Positions 1-9,346 of a DNA stretch of 64,000 bases are shown piece after piece. The first letter of the stretch is position 1. The number at the start of each line of letters is the position of its first letter. The stretch covers positions 6,705 through 70,704 of the forward strand of contig CAZULW010000005.1 in the NCBI GenBank assembly GCA_964621455.1, given 5' to 3'. The notes below the pieces were generated by a model, which saw only the letters and a program-made list of their open reading frames with translations, made no database searches and was not told where the DNA came from. A program made the translations under genes and the position numbers. The stretch comes from an uncultured bacterium (GTDB taxonomy: Bacteria > Fidelibacterota > Marinisomatia > SCGC-AAA003-L08 > TS1B11).

Positions 1-2
1 TT

Positions 3-602
3 AGCGAGTGCATCGGGTGCGGCAGTTGTGTGGTAGCCTGCAAAACGGAAAATAATGTTCCCAGAGAGCCGTTTTACTTTCGCACCTGGGTGGAGCGCTA
101 TCTGATAAAGAAAGACGATAGTGTTGTAATACATAGCATTAATGGCGGATCGGAAAATATCTCTGATGGTATCAAAGAAAAGGATATTTTAAGGAGTTTC
201 TTCGTCCCGAAGCTCTGCAACCATTGTGACAATCCTCCCTGTGCCCAGGTCTGTCCCGTGGGCGCTACCTTCCAGACTGAGGACGGGATTGTCCTCGTGG
301 ATGAGTATCGTTGCATCGGCTGCGGCTATTGTCTGCAGGCGTGCCCCTATGGAGCGCGGTACATTCACCCCTCCACGCGCACGGCCGATAAATGCACCCT
401 ATGCTATCATCGTATCAATAAGGGATTGGACCCGGTGTGTGTTGAAGTTTGCCCGACTCAGGCGAGAGTGTTTGGTGATCTTGAAAGCGGGGCCTCGCCA
501 CTAGTAAGACTAAAACGCATGAAGAACACACACGTATTGAAACCGGCCCTCAATACCGAGCCCAAAGTCTTCTATACCGATCTGGATGGAGTTGTAAGAT
601 GA
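3..602 (+). CDS. 4Fe-4S ferredoxin-type subunit (PsrB/NrfC/DmsB-like), 5' end cut by the window edge
   Basis: The frame is open from nt 3 (SECIGCGSCVVACK). Cys clusters include CNHCDNPPCAQVCP, CIGCGYCLQACP and CTLC...CVEVCP. An ATGA overlap joins it to the next gene at 599-602. Confidence 0.9.
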   Translation, partial: SECIGCGSCVVACKTENNVPREPFYFRTWVERYLIKKDDSVVIHSINGGSENISDGIKEKDILRSFFVPKLCNHCDNPPCAQVCPVGATFQTEDGIVLVDEYRCIGCGYCLQACPYGARYIHPSTRTADKCTLCYHRINKGLDPVCVEVCPTQARVFGDLESGASPLVRLKRMKNTHVLKPALNTEPKVFYTDLDGVVR

Positions 603-1822
603 GTGTCGAAGCATCTGCCAAACTGGCCGCGCTTCTGAAACAGGTAACCGGCTACATTTATCCCAACGAAATTGAAATTCACTGGTCAATACTGATCGTG
701 GTATATCCATATATCACCGGACTGGTTGCCGGAGCATTTATTCTAGCATCGCTCGTTAAGGTTTTTAATGTTAAGGAAGTCCTACCTACATACAGGCTTT
801 CACTGCTGACAGCGTTGTCATTTCTGATAGTTGCGCCGCTGCCGCTGCTGCTTCACCTCGGACATCCTTTGCGCTCCTTCGAGATCTTTCTCACACCGAA
901 TCTGAGCTCAGCCATGGCCATGTTCGCCTTTGTTTACGCATGGTATCTGATGGTCGTCCTGCTGCTTGAAATCTGGTTTGAGTATCGGACGGACCTTATT
1001 AGGTGGTCCGAAAAAGAGAAGTTCCCGACTAACTGGCTCTATAAAGTCATCTCTCTTTTTTCCACCGATACCAGCCAGAAAGCAGTTGCTTTCGACAAGA
1101 AGGCGATCCAAGCCATAACGATAATTGGAATCCCATCCGCATTTATTCTCCATGGATATGTCGGGTTTATCTTCGGTTCCATCAAGGCCAATCCCTGGTG
1201 GAGCAGTGTTTTGATGCCCATTGTGTTTCTATTCTCCGCCATCGTTTCCGGTATTGCTCTGGTACTGATACTGTATATGATCATTACTCCCAGCAGAGGG
1301 GAGCCGCTTGATATGAAGTGCCTGGACAAAATAGCTTCATTTCTGCTGTATGCCGTTATTATCGATTTTTCTCTTGAATTGCTTGACTTTATCCATCGTC
1401 TCTATGAGAGTGAAGAATCAATTAAAATATTGTCGGATATGGTTGTGAACAGGCTATTCGTAAGTCTCGTTGTAATGCAAATTCTCCTTGGCATGCTGTT
1501 ACCGCTAGGGATTCTGATTCTGATAAAACTTGCCAGGTTAAACGAAGAGCTGAGGAAATTGCTGTATTTTCTTTCGGCTATCCTGATCCAGATTGGTATA
1601 TTCAGCACTAGGTGGAATGTTGTTTTTGGTGGGCAGATGTTTTCAAAAAGTTTCCGGGGGCTGACGGCATACAAGCTTGAAATATTGGGGCTGGATGGAC
1701 TGCTTTCCGCCCTTATACTTTTAATTCTGCCATTCGTGATCCTCGCAATACTTTTAAAAATACTCCCCCCGTGGGGAAGGATGCTGGATAACCTTGATGA
1801 AAAGGAAGTACTGGCAGGGTAG
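599..1822 (+). CDS. NrfD/PsrC-family polytopic membrane quinol-interacting subunit
   Basis: 407 aa with many hydrophobic helices. It is translationally coupled to the upstream FeS subunit, the typical Psr/Nrf module order. Confidence 0.85.
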   Translation: MSVEASAKLAALLKQVTGYIYPNEIEIHWSILIVVYPYITGLVAGAFILASLVKVFNVKEVLPTYRLSLLTALSFLIVAPLPLLLHLGHPLRSFEIFLTPNLSSAMAMFAFVYAWYLMVVLLLEIWFEYRTDLIRWSEKEKFPTNWLYKVISLFSTDTSQKAVAFDKKAIQAITIIGIPSAFILHGYVGFIFGSIKANPWWSSVLMPIVFLFSAIVSGIALVLILYMIITPSRGEPLDMKCLDKIASFLLYAVIIDFSLELLDFIHRLYESEESIKILSDMVVNRLFVSLVVMQILLGMLLPLGILILIKLARLNEELRKLLYFLSAILIQIGIFSTRWNVVFGGQMFSKSFRGLTAYKLEILGLDGLLSALILLILPFVILAILLKILPPWGRMLDNLDEKEVLAG

Positions 1823-1993
1823 ATCGGTCCTTTAGCGGAACTTATAATTGGGTATGGAGGTACAATAACGGATTCAAACTGTTTCGTTAAGTCCCGGACG
1901 CAGTTTCGGCCCGTTTTGCACAACCTGGAGATGATCATCGACGACATGGAAGACACCTTACAGAACTTGTCCCGTCCCTGATTTCATAACGAA

Positions 1994-2560
1994 GTGAAAG
2001 AGAACGAAAGACCAGAACAGGGTACCGGGAGAGAAGGTTCAGGAATAATCGTGACCATTTCAAAACGGATCGCCCTGATTATTGTGCTCCCGGTCATGAT
2101 CGTCATCGCGATATTGGGATTGAGCGGGAAATCCGCTGGTATCGTTCAACCTGTCCCATTCAACCATAATTTGCATGTTGAAGAACTCGACCTGGACTGC
2201 GTCGATTGCCATACCCAGGTCAGAAAACGCCCCAGAGCTACCCTCCCGATCATCGACATCTGCCAGGACTGCCACATGGAAGCCATAACAGATACTGATG
2301 TGGAAGAACAATTGCTGGCCTATGCTACCGAATCCCGAGAAATACCATGGCAGAGAATATACTCCGTTCCTGATCATGTGTACTTCTCTCACCGGCGTCA
2401 CGTAACACTCGGGAATATTCCCTGTGAAACATGTCACGGTGACATCCGCCAGTTGACCGAACCGCAGAAATATCCTGTCATCGCTGTTACTATGGACAGT
2501 TGCATGAGTTGCCACGAAGAACAACAGATAACCAATGATTGTCTGGCCTGCCACCGATGA
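1994..2560 (+). CDS. Membrane-anchored pentaheme cytochrome c (ActA/QrcA-like)
   Basis: GTG start and one N-terminal TM helix. Five CxxCH motifs (CVDCH, CQDCH, CETCH, CMSCH, CLACH). It is the first gene of the MopB/FeS/NrfD operon. Confidence 0.9.
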   Translation: MKENERPEQGTGREGSGIIVTISKRIALIIVLPVMIVIAILGLSGKSAGIVQPVPFNHNLHVEELDLDCVDCHTQVRKRPRATLPIIDICQDCHMEAITDTDVEEQLLAYATESREIPWQRIYSVPDHVYFSHRRHVTLGNIPCETCHGDIRQLTEPQKYPVIAVTMDSCMSCHEEQQITNDCLACHR

Positions 2561-5055
2561 GCGATAACAAAATAAAAATCATCACTCGGAAGGAGTTCCT
2601 CAAGCTCACTGGATTGACAGTAGGCGGAATATCTGCAGGGTCTATACTTTTTTCCGAGCTTATGGCCGTACCCCAGAGACTTCTGGACACGGTATCCAAA
2701 GGACCGGGTAAGGAAACCTGGATAAACACGGTGTGTCGGCAATGTCCGGGAGGTTGTGGGATACGAGTTCGACGTATTGATGGTATTCCGGTTTACATTA
2801 AAGGGAATCCCATCTTCCCTGTGAACCGCGGTGGTGTCTGCCCGATGGCCCATGCATCCATGGAAGTACTCTTTAATCCGGATCGGGTGAAAAATCCCCT
2901 AAAGCGATCCGGATCAAAAGGCCACAATCAATGGGAAGAAACCGATTGGGACGCGGCTTTAACTTTTCTCACGAAAAGACTCCAATCATTGCGAGCCAAC
3001 GGGGGGGCACACAAAATCGCGATGATCAACGGGGACGATTCCCCACTCATGAGGAGGTTGTGTCGGTTCTGGATGGAAGCCATTGGATCACCTAATTATT
3101 TTGAAGACGAAAATCTAATCTCCAACTCCGTGGCTGTTCAGCTTTCCCACGGGGTGGATTTGACCCCTGCCTATGATTTGTCCAATAGTCGCTACATCCT
3201 GAACTTCGGCAGCAATTTCCTCGAAGAGGGTCAATCCCCTGTCTACCACCAGCAAATCTTCGGGAATTTGATGAAAGCGGATACCGGGTCCGACGCGATC
3301 CTCGTTCACATCGACTCGAGGATCAATCTCACTGCGTCGAATGCTGACAGATGGATTCCGATCCGGCCCGGAACGTATGGGGCTCTCGCCCTGGGGATTG
3401 CGTATGTACTTATCATCGATCGTCTGTATGACACGGATTTTATCAGAAACCAAACATTCGGATTTGGAGGCTACAAGGATGAGGTTGACCGGGAACATAT
3501 GGGATTCGAAGCATTCGTCCGGGCAAACTACTACCCGGAGAAGGTGTCTGAGATCACCGGGATTCCGGCCGAGACAATCTTAGAGCTGGGAGAAGAATTC
3601 GGCACCCACCAGTCCGCTATCGCCATCTCCGATGATGCATCCAAATACGCCACTAACGGCAGTTTTACCCAGTGGGCGGTATACTGTTTGAACGCATTGG
3701 TCGGGAATATTCAGAAGAAGGGCGGTATCTACTTTTCGCTGCCTGTTCCTGAATTCGAATTTCCCAAACTGCAATCGGGTTCCAGAACCAGGCAATCCTT
3801 ATCTGAACCGCGAGTGGGTTCAGACAGCGGTCCCCCCTCCCCTTTCGGGGATATCACTGTTGATCAATTCGCGGAGGCAATAGTATCGGGCGAAGCAGGC
3901 CTGATCGACACGCTATTCATAATCAACTCCAACCCTGCTTTCCACTTGAGACAAAAAGAAACTTTTGTCCAGGCACTTCATAAAATCGAGAATGTTGTCT
4001 ATCTGGGAATTTTCCAGGACGAAACTGCTAAACACTGTGACTTTATTCTCCCTGATCATTCGTACCTGGAGAAGACAGACATCAGTGGACCCCTACCTGG
4101 GTTGATGTTCAACCATGTAGGTTTGCAGCAGCCGGTCATACAGCCCCTGTTCAACACCAGGCAATCAGGCGATGTTCTCTTGGAACTTGGCAGACCTCTG
4201 CTTGGATCTGACGTTACACCGTGGAAATCTTACCAAGCACTCGTTCAAAAGAACTTCGAAATCATATATGACTCTGGAGAAGGCGCGATAATTTCCGAGT
4301 CAACTGGTGCCGAGTGGCTTATGTACATGAAAGAAAGGGGCTGGACATTACAGCAGTATGCAACATTCAAATCGTTCCAGAACCTGCTGGCAAAGAATGG
4401 CGGTTGGTGGAATCCTGCTCCACCAACGCTGACCGCAAAAGAAATGTACAAGACAACCTCCGGAATGTTCGAATTCGTCTCATCGACCTTGGAGCATAGA
4501 CTGAACGAGATCTCAAAATCTGTCGACGGAAAATCCCCTAGGGAGAAGCTGGATCGACTCCTCACCCGTCTGCAAATCGCCGCACGTGGAGATCATTTAC
4601 TGGTACCACATCATGAAGAGCCCATTACCCAGGGCAAGACCGAAGAGTTCCCGTTGATACTTACCACCTCACAACTCATGACAAACCGGGACGGAAAGGG
4701 CGCATCCCAACCTTCTCTGCTGGAAATGGTGGGCGTTCAGGTGGGGAGATATTGGGATTCCTGGGTAGAGATCAACCCGCTTACAGCCAGAACATATGGA
4801 CTGCATGACCGGGAACCGGCCTGGATTGAATCAACACGAGGAGGGGTTCGGGCCGTGGTGCGTTTATTCCCGGGAATCCGTCCGGGGGTGGTGCATCTGC
4901 ACCTGGGACTGGGACACACTTCCTATGGCCGTTTTGGTACCGATATCGGTGTGAACGTCACTGATGTTATCGAAAATAACATCGACATGTTATCAAACAT
5001 ACCAGCACTAAACGGAACCCGCGTCAAGGTGAGCAGGATCGTCAGGAACGTGTGA
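2557..5055 (+). CDS. TAT-exported molybdopterin-oxidoreductase-family (MopB) subunit, ActB1/QrcB/PsrA-like
   Basis: The ATG at 2557 overlaps the upstream TGA (ATGA). TAT-like TRKEFLK followed by a hydrophobic stretch. FS0-type motif CRQCPGGCGIRV...(27 aa)...C. About 830 aa, the usual MopB length. Confidence 0.9.
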   Translation: MSDNKIKIITRKEFLKLTGLTVGGISAGSILFSELMAVPQRLLDTVSKGPGKETWINTVCRQCPGGCGIRVRRIDGIPVYIKGNPIFPVNRGGVCPMAHASMEVLFNPDRVKNPLKRSGSKGHNQWEETDWDAALTFLTKRLQSLRANGGAHKIAMINGDDSPLMRRLCRFWMEAIGSPNYFEDENLISNSVAVQLSHGVDLTPAYDLSNSRYILNFGSNFLEEGQSPVYHQQIFGNLMKADTGSDAILVHIDSRINLTASNADRWIPIRPGTYGALALGIAYVLIIDRLYDTDFIRNQTFGFGGYKDEVDREHMGFEAFVRANYYPEKVSEITGIPAETILELGEEFGTHQSAIAISDDASKYATNGSFTQWAVYCLNALVGNIQKKGGIYFSLPVPEFEFPKLQSGSRTRQSLSEPRVGSDSGPPSPFGDITVDQFAEAIVSGEAGLIDTLFIINSNPAFHLRQKETFVQALHKIENVVYLGIFQDETAKHCDFILPDHSYLEKTDISGPLPGLMFNHVGLQQPVIQPLFNTRQSGDVLLELGRPLLGSDVTPWKSYQALVQKNFEIIYDSGEGAIISESTGAEWLMYMKERGWTLQQYATFKSFQNLLAKNGGWWNPAPPTLTAKEMYKTTSGMFEFVSSTLEHRLNEISKSVDGKSPREKLDRLLTRLQIAARGDHLLVPHHEEPITQGKTEEFPLILTTSQLMTNRDGKGASQPSLLEMVGVQVGRYWDSWVEINPLTARTYGLHDREPAWIESTRGGVRAVVRLFPGIRPGVVHLHLGLGHTSYGRFGTDIGVNVTDVIENNIDMLSNIPALNGTRVKVSRIVRNV

Positions 5056-5056
5056 T

Positions 5057-5740
5057 ATGTTTACCTGGGGTATGATCATCGATTTGAACAAATGTACCGG
5101 CTGTGCCGCCTGTGTATCCGCATGTCGATTGGAGAACAACGTCACGAATGTAGGACCTGAGCAGTCACAGCTGGGGAGGGCCACATTCTGGATGGACATT
5201 CTTGAGGTGGTGGAAGGAGAATATCCCAATGTCCATGTCCAGTACATACCGAGGCCCTGTTTCCACTGCGAAAATCCACCCTGCACAAAGGTTTGCCCCG
5301 TCAGAGCCACCTACAAGAACGATGAAGGACTGGTGGCCCAGATCTACTATCGCTGTATCGGCTGTCGATACTGTATGGTCGCCTGTCCATATGCCGTGAA
5401 GTCCTTCAACTGGTACGAGCCCAATCGACCCGAGGAGTTTCAGCAGATCTGCAATCCCGATGTGAGTAGGCGGATGAAAGGAGTAGTGGAAAAATGCTCT
5501 TTCTGTAACCATCGGCTTCAGATTGCCAGAGAAACTTCACGTTATGAGTCACGGGAATTGCGCGAGGAGGACTTCCAGCCTGCGTGTGTGGAAGCTTGCC
5601 CCACATCGGCGATTGTATTTGGCGATCTGGAAAATGAACAGCATGCGGTGTATCGCTTAAAGACGTCGCACCGTGCCTTCAAAATGTATGAAGAACTGGG
5701 CACTGAGCCGAAAGTGATCTACCTGTCTAAGGAAGACTGA
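5057..5740 (+). CDS. Four-cluster 4Fe-4S ferredoxin subunit (ActB2/QrcC/PsrB-like)
   Basis: Motifs CTGCAACVSAC, CFHCENPPCTKVCP, CIGCRYCMVACP and CSFC...CVEACP. It starts 1 nt after the MopB stop. Confidence 0.92.
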   Translation: MFTWGMIIDLNKCTGCAACVSACRLENNVTNVGPEQSQLGRATFWMDILEVVEGEYPNVHVQYIPRPCFHCENPPCTKVCPVRATYKNDEGLVAQIYYRCIGCRYCMVACPYAVKSFNWYEPNRPEEFQQICNPDVSRRMKGVVEKCSFCNHRLQIARETSRYESRELREEDFQPACVEACPTSAIVFGDLENEQHAVYRLKTSHRAFKMYEELGTEPKVIYLSKED

Positions 5741-5741
5741 T

Positions 5742-7085
5742 ATGACCCTGAGTAAATTCAGGAACGATCCCGATTACCTTCTTTATCAACCCGTCCTTGA
5801 AAGGGGTCGGGGGGCCTATCTGCTAGGCGGCGCACTCCTGGTGATCTTCATCTGGACCATGTATATGTACAGTATACAGATCCGCGAGGGGCTGGGGGTA
5901 ACAGGATTGAATCGGCCCATCTCATGGGGATTCTATATCGTCAACTTTGTATTCTTCATCGGGATCAGTCACGCCGGAACACTTATTTCCGCCATCTTGC
6001 GTCTTTCTAATGCTGAGTGGCGAAGACCCATCACCCGCATGGCCGAAGTCATAACGGCCATTGTTCTGGCTATCGGCGGGCTGCATCCCATCATTGATCT
6101 GGGAAGACCTGACCGGATGTTGGATCTTATTTACTACGGCAGGCTTCAGTCCCCGCTTCTATGGGACATAACAGCCATCACCTGTTATTTCACCGCCAGC
6201 ACTATCTATCTCTATCTGCCCATGATTCCCGATATTGCCCGTCTCCGAGATATGGGTGCACGACCTGAATGGCTGTACAAGTTCATGTCCTGGGGATGGA
6301 CGGGAACCGAGCCACAAAAGAAAATCCTTGAACGAGCCATCTCAATTCTCATGGTCATGATCATCCCCATCGCAATCTCCGTCCATACCGTCATATCCTT
6401 CATCTTTTCCATGACTTTGCAGCCCGGTTGGCACAGTACCATTTTTGGACCATACTTTGTAGTGGGGGCCATCTTTTCAGGGATTGCAGCCATCCTCCTG
6501 ATAATGATTGTATGTCGAAAGGTTTTCCACCTTGAGGGATATCTCAAACAAATCCACTTTCAGTATCTCAGCACCCTCCTGCTCGTTATGTCACTGTTGT
6601 GGCTCTACTTCACCTTCTCCGAATACCTTACCGGCGTTTATGGACACGAGCCACACGAGATGACAATAATCCTTTACAAATTCACCGGGGACTACTGGCC
6701 GATCTTCTGGGGTATGATTCTGTGCAATTTCGTGATTCCCGTCACTATTCTGAGCAACAAGAAACTCAAGACAATCACCGGAATCTTCGTTGCCAGCACT
6801 GCTGTGATCGTGGGCATGTGGCTTGAAAGGCTGAACATTGTGGTACCCTCGCTGGCTAACCCACGTCTGCCGATGCCACCTCAAATCTATCTTCCTACCC
6901 TTGTAGAATGGGCCTTGTTCCTTGCAGGATTAACGTTTTTTGCCCTTGTATTTCTTCTGTTTTCCAAGTTTTTCCCGGTTATTTCCGTCTGGGAAATTCA
7001 GGAAGGCCGAAAAGAAGGAATGAAGACCGTGAAAGAACGCATTGCCAGTTATCAACCTGATACAACTACCCAATTCGAGGATTAA
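5742..7085 (+). CDS. NrfD-like integral membrane subunit (ActC/QrcD-like, about 10 TM)
   Basis: 447 aa and highly hydrophobic. It starts 1 nt after the FeS subunit stop. Confidence 0.9.
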   Translation: MTLSKFRNDPDYLLYQPVLERGRGAYLLGGALLVIFIWTMYMYSIQIREGLGVTGLNRPISWGFYIVNFVFFIGISHAGTLISAILRLSNAEWRRPITRMAEVITAIVLAIGGLHPIIDLGRPDRMLDLIYYGRLQSPLLWDITAITCYFTASTIYLYLPMIPDIARLRDMGARPEWLYKFMSWGWTGTEPQKKILERAISILMVMIIPIAISVHTVISFIFSMTLQPGWHSTIFGPYFVVGAIFSGIAAILLIMIVCRKVFHLEGYLKQIHFQYLSTLLLVMSLLWLYFTFSEYLTGVYGHEPHEMTIILYKFTGDYWPIFWGMILCNFVIPVTILSNKKLKTITGIFVASTAVIVGMWLERLNIVVPSLANPRLPMPPQIYLPTLVEWALFLAGLTFFALVFLLFSKFFPVISVWEIQEGRKEGMKTVKERIASYQPDTTTQFED

Positions 7086-7087
7086 TA

Positions 7088-7366
7088 GTGCCCGACCAAA
7101 CGAAAACACCACGGTACATATTCATTATGCAGGTAACGAGCCTAGGCTTTATGTGGATTTTCGTGGGCGCAATCACATGGTGGATATTTAGACTCATCAC
7201 GGTTTCCCTGGAACTCCGCGATGCTCCCGATGCCTCCGTTGGAATTAGTATCGTCGTCATACCCGTCTTTCTGATCATAGCCAGTGTACTGACATATGTC
7301 TTTGTCGGCCTTCAGCGTAATCGAAGCACTGATGAGACGCAGTCTGAAACAAAGGATGAACAATGA
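7088..7366 (+). CDS. Small 2-TM membrane protein of the complex (ActD-position, function unknown)
   Basis: GTG start 2 nt after the upstream stop. Two hydrophobic helices. ATGA overlap with the next gene. Confidence 0.6.
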   Translation: MPDQTKTPRYIFIMQVTSLGFMWIFVGAITWWIFRLITVSLELRDAPDASVGISIVVIPVFLIIASVLTYVFVGLQRNRSTDETQSETKDEQ

Positions 7367-8592
7367 TAAATCGTGGCCCCAGATCATTTTTTCTTCGTTT
7401 AAAAACGGTTTCGCTCATTCTGAGCATGATTCTGCTGGCCATCGTTTCCATCTCTCTATACGCACAGGGAATTTCTGGAAGCAGTTCCGCCGATCAGGAC
7501 CAGCTTCCATTCAATCCCATATCCGGGCGCATAATATTCGAAGAGAAGGGGTGCCTCGAATGCCACGCCATCGATGGATACGGCGGCCGAGTCGGGCCAG
7601 ACCTTGGCCGGGAGAAATTTTTCGGGAGTTTCTACGACCTGGCTTCCAGATTATGGAATCACGCCCCTCAGATGGCTATCCAGTCGGATTTCCTGGATAA
7701 GGAATGGCCCAGTCTGACAACCAATGAGCTGGATCAATTGGTCAGCTACATATTTTATCTCCGCTACCTGGGTGAACCGGGCAATGTGTCCATGGGAAAA
7801 AGGCTGATTGAGACAAAAGGGTGTCTGAATTGTCACAGCATTGGGGATCAGGGTTCCTCCGACGGCATTGCCCTGGATCAGTTAAAGGAATACGCCTCGC
7901 CGCTGTATATCGCCCAGGTTATTTGGAATCATGGACCCGCAATGCAGGAACAGATGGTCACCATGGGGGTTGAGCGTCCCACTTTTGATGATAATGATAT
8001 CACGCATCTAAGCGCGTACCTTAGGGAATCCAGTCGAGGTCAACCCTCCGGCCGTCAGTACATGTCTCCGGGAAACCCGCAAGCAGGTGCGCTTCTATTC
8101 ACGTCAGTAGGATGTTCTTATTGCCATGCCATAGATGCTGGCAAACCCTCTCAGGGGGCAAGATTGAGTGAGATGAACCTCCATCGCAGTGTTACCGCTA
8201 TTGCCGGCACCATGTGGAATCACGGCAATATAATGGGGGAAGCAATGGAAGCGGAAGGTATCAAATGGCCCACATTTGAAGGATCTGAGATGGCGGACCT
8301 GATTGCCTACCTCTATTTCTCAGATTACCAGATATCTCCTGGAGATCCAGAATTGGGTCAGCAGGTTTTTAAAGGTAAATCGTGTGCCGCGTGTCACGGC
8401 AAGAGGGAAACTCATGAATTCACCTGGGCAACATTTCCAGGACAACCTACCGATCTGATTACAACCATGTGGAACCATGTGCCATATATGCGCGAATTGA
8501 CTGTTACAAAGAACATCCCGTGGCCTGAGTTAACCGCAGAGGACTTTCAGAACCTGTACGCTTACCTGATTCACTGGGTTTCGAAGAACTAG
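7363..8592 (+). CDS. Membrane-anchored cytochrome c with four monoheme class-I-like domains
   Basis: Four roughly 100-aa repeats. Each has one CxxCH (CLECH, CLNCH, CSYCH, CAACH) and a downstream WNHxPxM-type motif (WNHAPQM, WNHGPAM, WNHGNIM, WNHVPYM). N-terminal TM helix. Confidence 0.9.
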   Translation: MINRGPRSFFLRLKTVSLILSMILLAIVSISLYAQGISGSSSADQDQLPFNPISGRIIFEEKGCLECHAIDGYGGRVGPDLGREKFFGSFYDLASRLWNHAPQMAIQSDFLDKEWPSLTTNELDQLVSYIFYLRYLGEPGNVSMGKRLIETKGCLNCHSIGDQGSSDGIALDQLKEYASPLYIAQVIWNHGPAMQEQMVTMGVERPTFDDNDITHLSAYLRESSRGQPSGRQYMSPGNPQAGALLFTSVGCSYCHAIDAGKPSQGARLSEMNLHRSVTAIAGTMWNHGNIMGEAMEAEGIKWPTFEGSEMADLIAYLYFSDYQISPGDPELGQQVFKGKSCAACHGKRETHEFTWATFPGQPTDLITTMWNHVPYMRELTVTKNIPWPELTAEDFQNLYAYLIHWVSKN

Positions 8593-8837
8593 GTTACTAC
8601 AAGGAGGATCACATTTATTCTATTTTCCAGGCTATCCAAGGCTAGTGATGGAGGCCTTTCGCCAAGATACCGGTGAAATAGTGGGCATAGCGTGAAGGTA
8701 TGCGGCGAATTCTCAGTACATAAAAGAGATCGGGAACTGAATCAACGATTGACTACCGCAGAGATTCCCTACAGAAATCGCCCGTACTCCGTCATTGACT
8801 ACTTGGGAAATTTATTACAAACTTTGCTCCTCCCGTT

Positions 8838-9344
8838 ATGGGTGAAAGAGCAGGAGATAGAATGAAGGACAGTGAGACAATCGCGAACACCGCACCCGAT
8901 TCCGATACTACCCTCTCGCGGCGGCGCCTGCTAACATGGTTCCTCGGTTTTGGTGTCATTGGCTGGCTGGGTAGTACGCTGTATCCGGTGGTCAGATTTC
9001 TCATACCGCCCGAAGTCGGTGAGGCCAAGGTCTCTTCTATGAAAGTTGGAATGCTCACCGATCAGTGGGAGAAACCTTTTCGGATCATACAATTCGGTCG
9101 CACGCCGGTCATGCTCTTCAAAGACGGCCAGGGGACCTATCGGGCTCTGGCAGCCACCTGTACCCACCTAGCCTGCATTGTCCAGTATAGGCAGGAGGAC
9201 AACATCGTCTGGTGCGCCTGCCACAACGGCAAGTTCGATCTGTCCGGCAAGGTCATCTCCGGCCCGCCTCCCGATGCCCTGGAAGGCTACGATGTCAATA
9301 TCACCGACAACGGCGAGATCTGGATCTCGCGGAGGCAGACATAG
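8838..9344 (+). CDS. Rieske 2Fe-2S protein with TAT signal
   Basis: SRRRLLTWFLGFG TAT motif. Rieske boxes CTHLAC and CACHNG. Confidence 0.92.
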   Translation: MGERAGDRMKDSETIANTAPDSDTTLSRRRLLTWFLGFGVIGWLGSTLYPVVRFLIPPEVGEAKVSSMKVGMLTDQWEKPFRIIQFGRTPVMLFKDGQGTYRALAATCTHLACIVQYRQEDNIVWCACHNGKFDLSGKVISGPPPDALEGYDVNITDNGEIWISRRQT

Positions 9345-9346
9345 CT

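Noticed and set aside
8593-8837. A sigma70-like promoter (TTGACT...) upstream of the Rieske gene.
   Set aside because: The spacing to any acceptable -10 hexamer is poor (13-15 nt), and promoter rules for this lineage are unknown. Not annotated.
9212-9346. Upstream extensions of ORF-track starts: cytochrome b at 9212, nonaheme c at 10399, MopB at 2539, HydG at 44135, ilvD at 59878, CcmH at 30607, the CcmI-like protein at 30099, the HMA protein at 18093 and the CcmH-like protein at 19626.
   Set aside because: Internal starts give canonical N-termini or signal peptides and ATGA/short-gap coupling to the upstream stop. The extensions overlap upstream genes and translate to Arg-rich nonsense.
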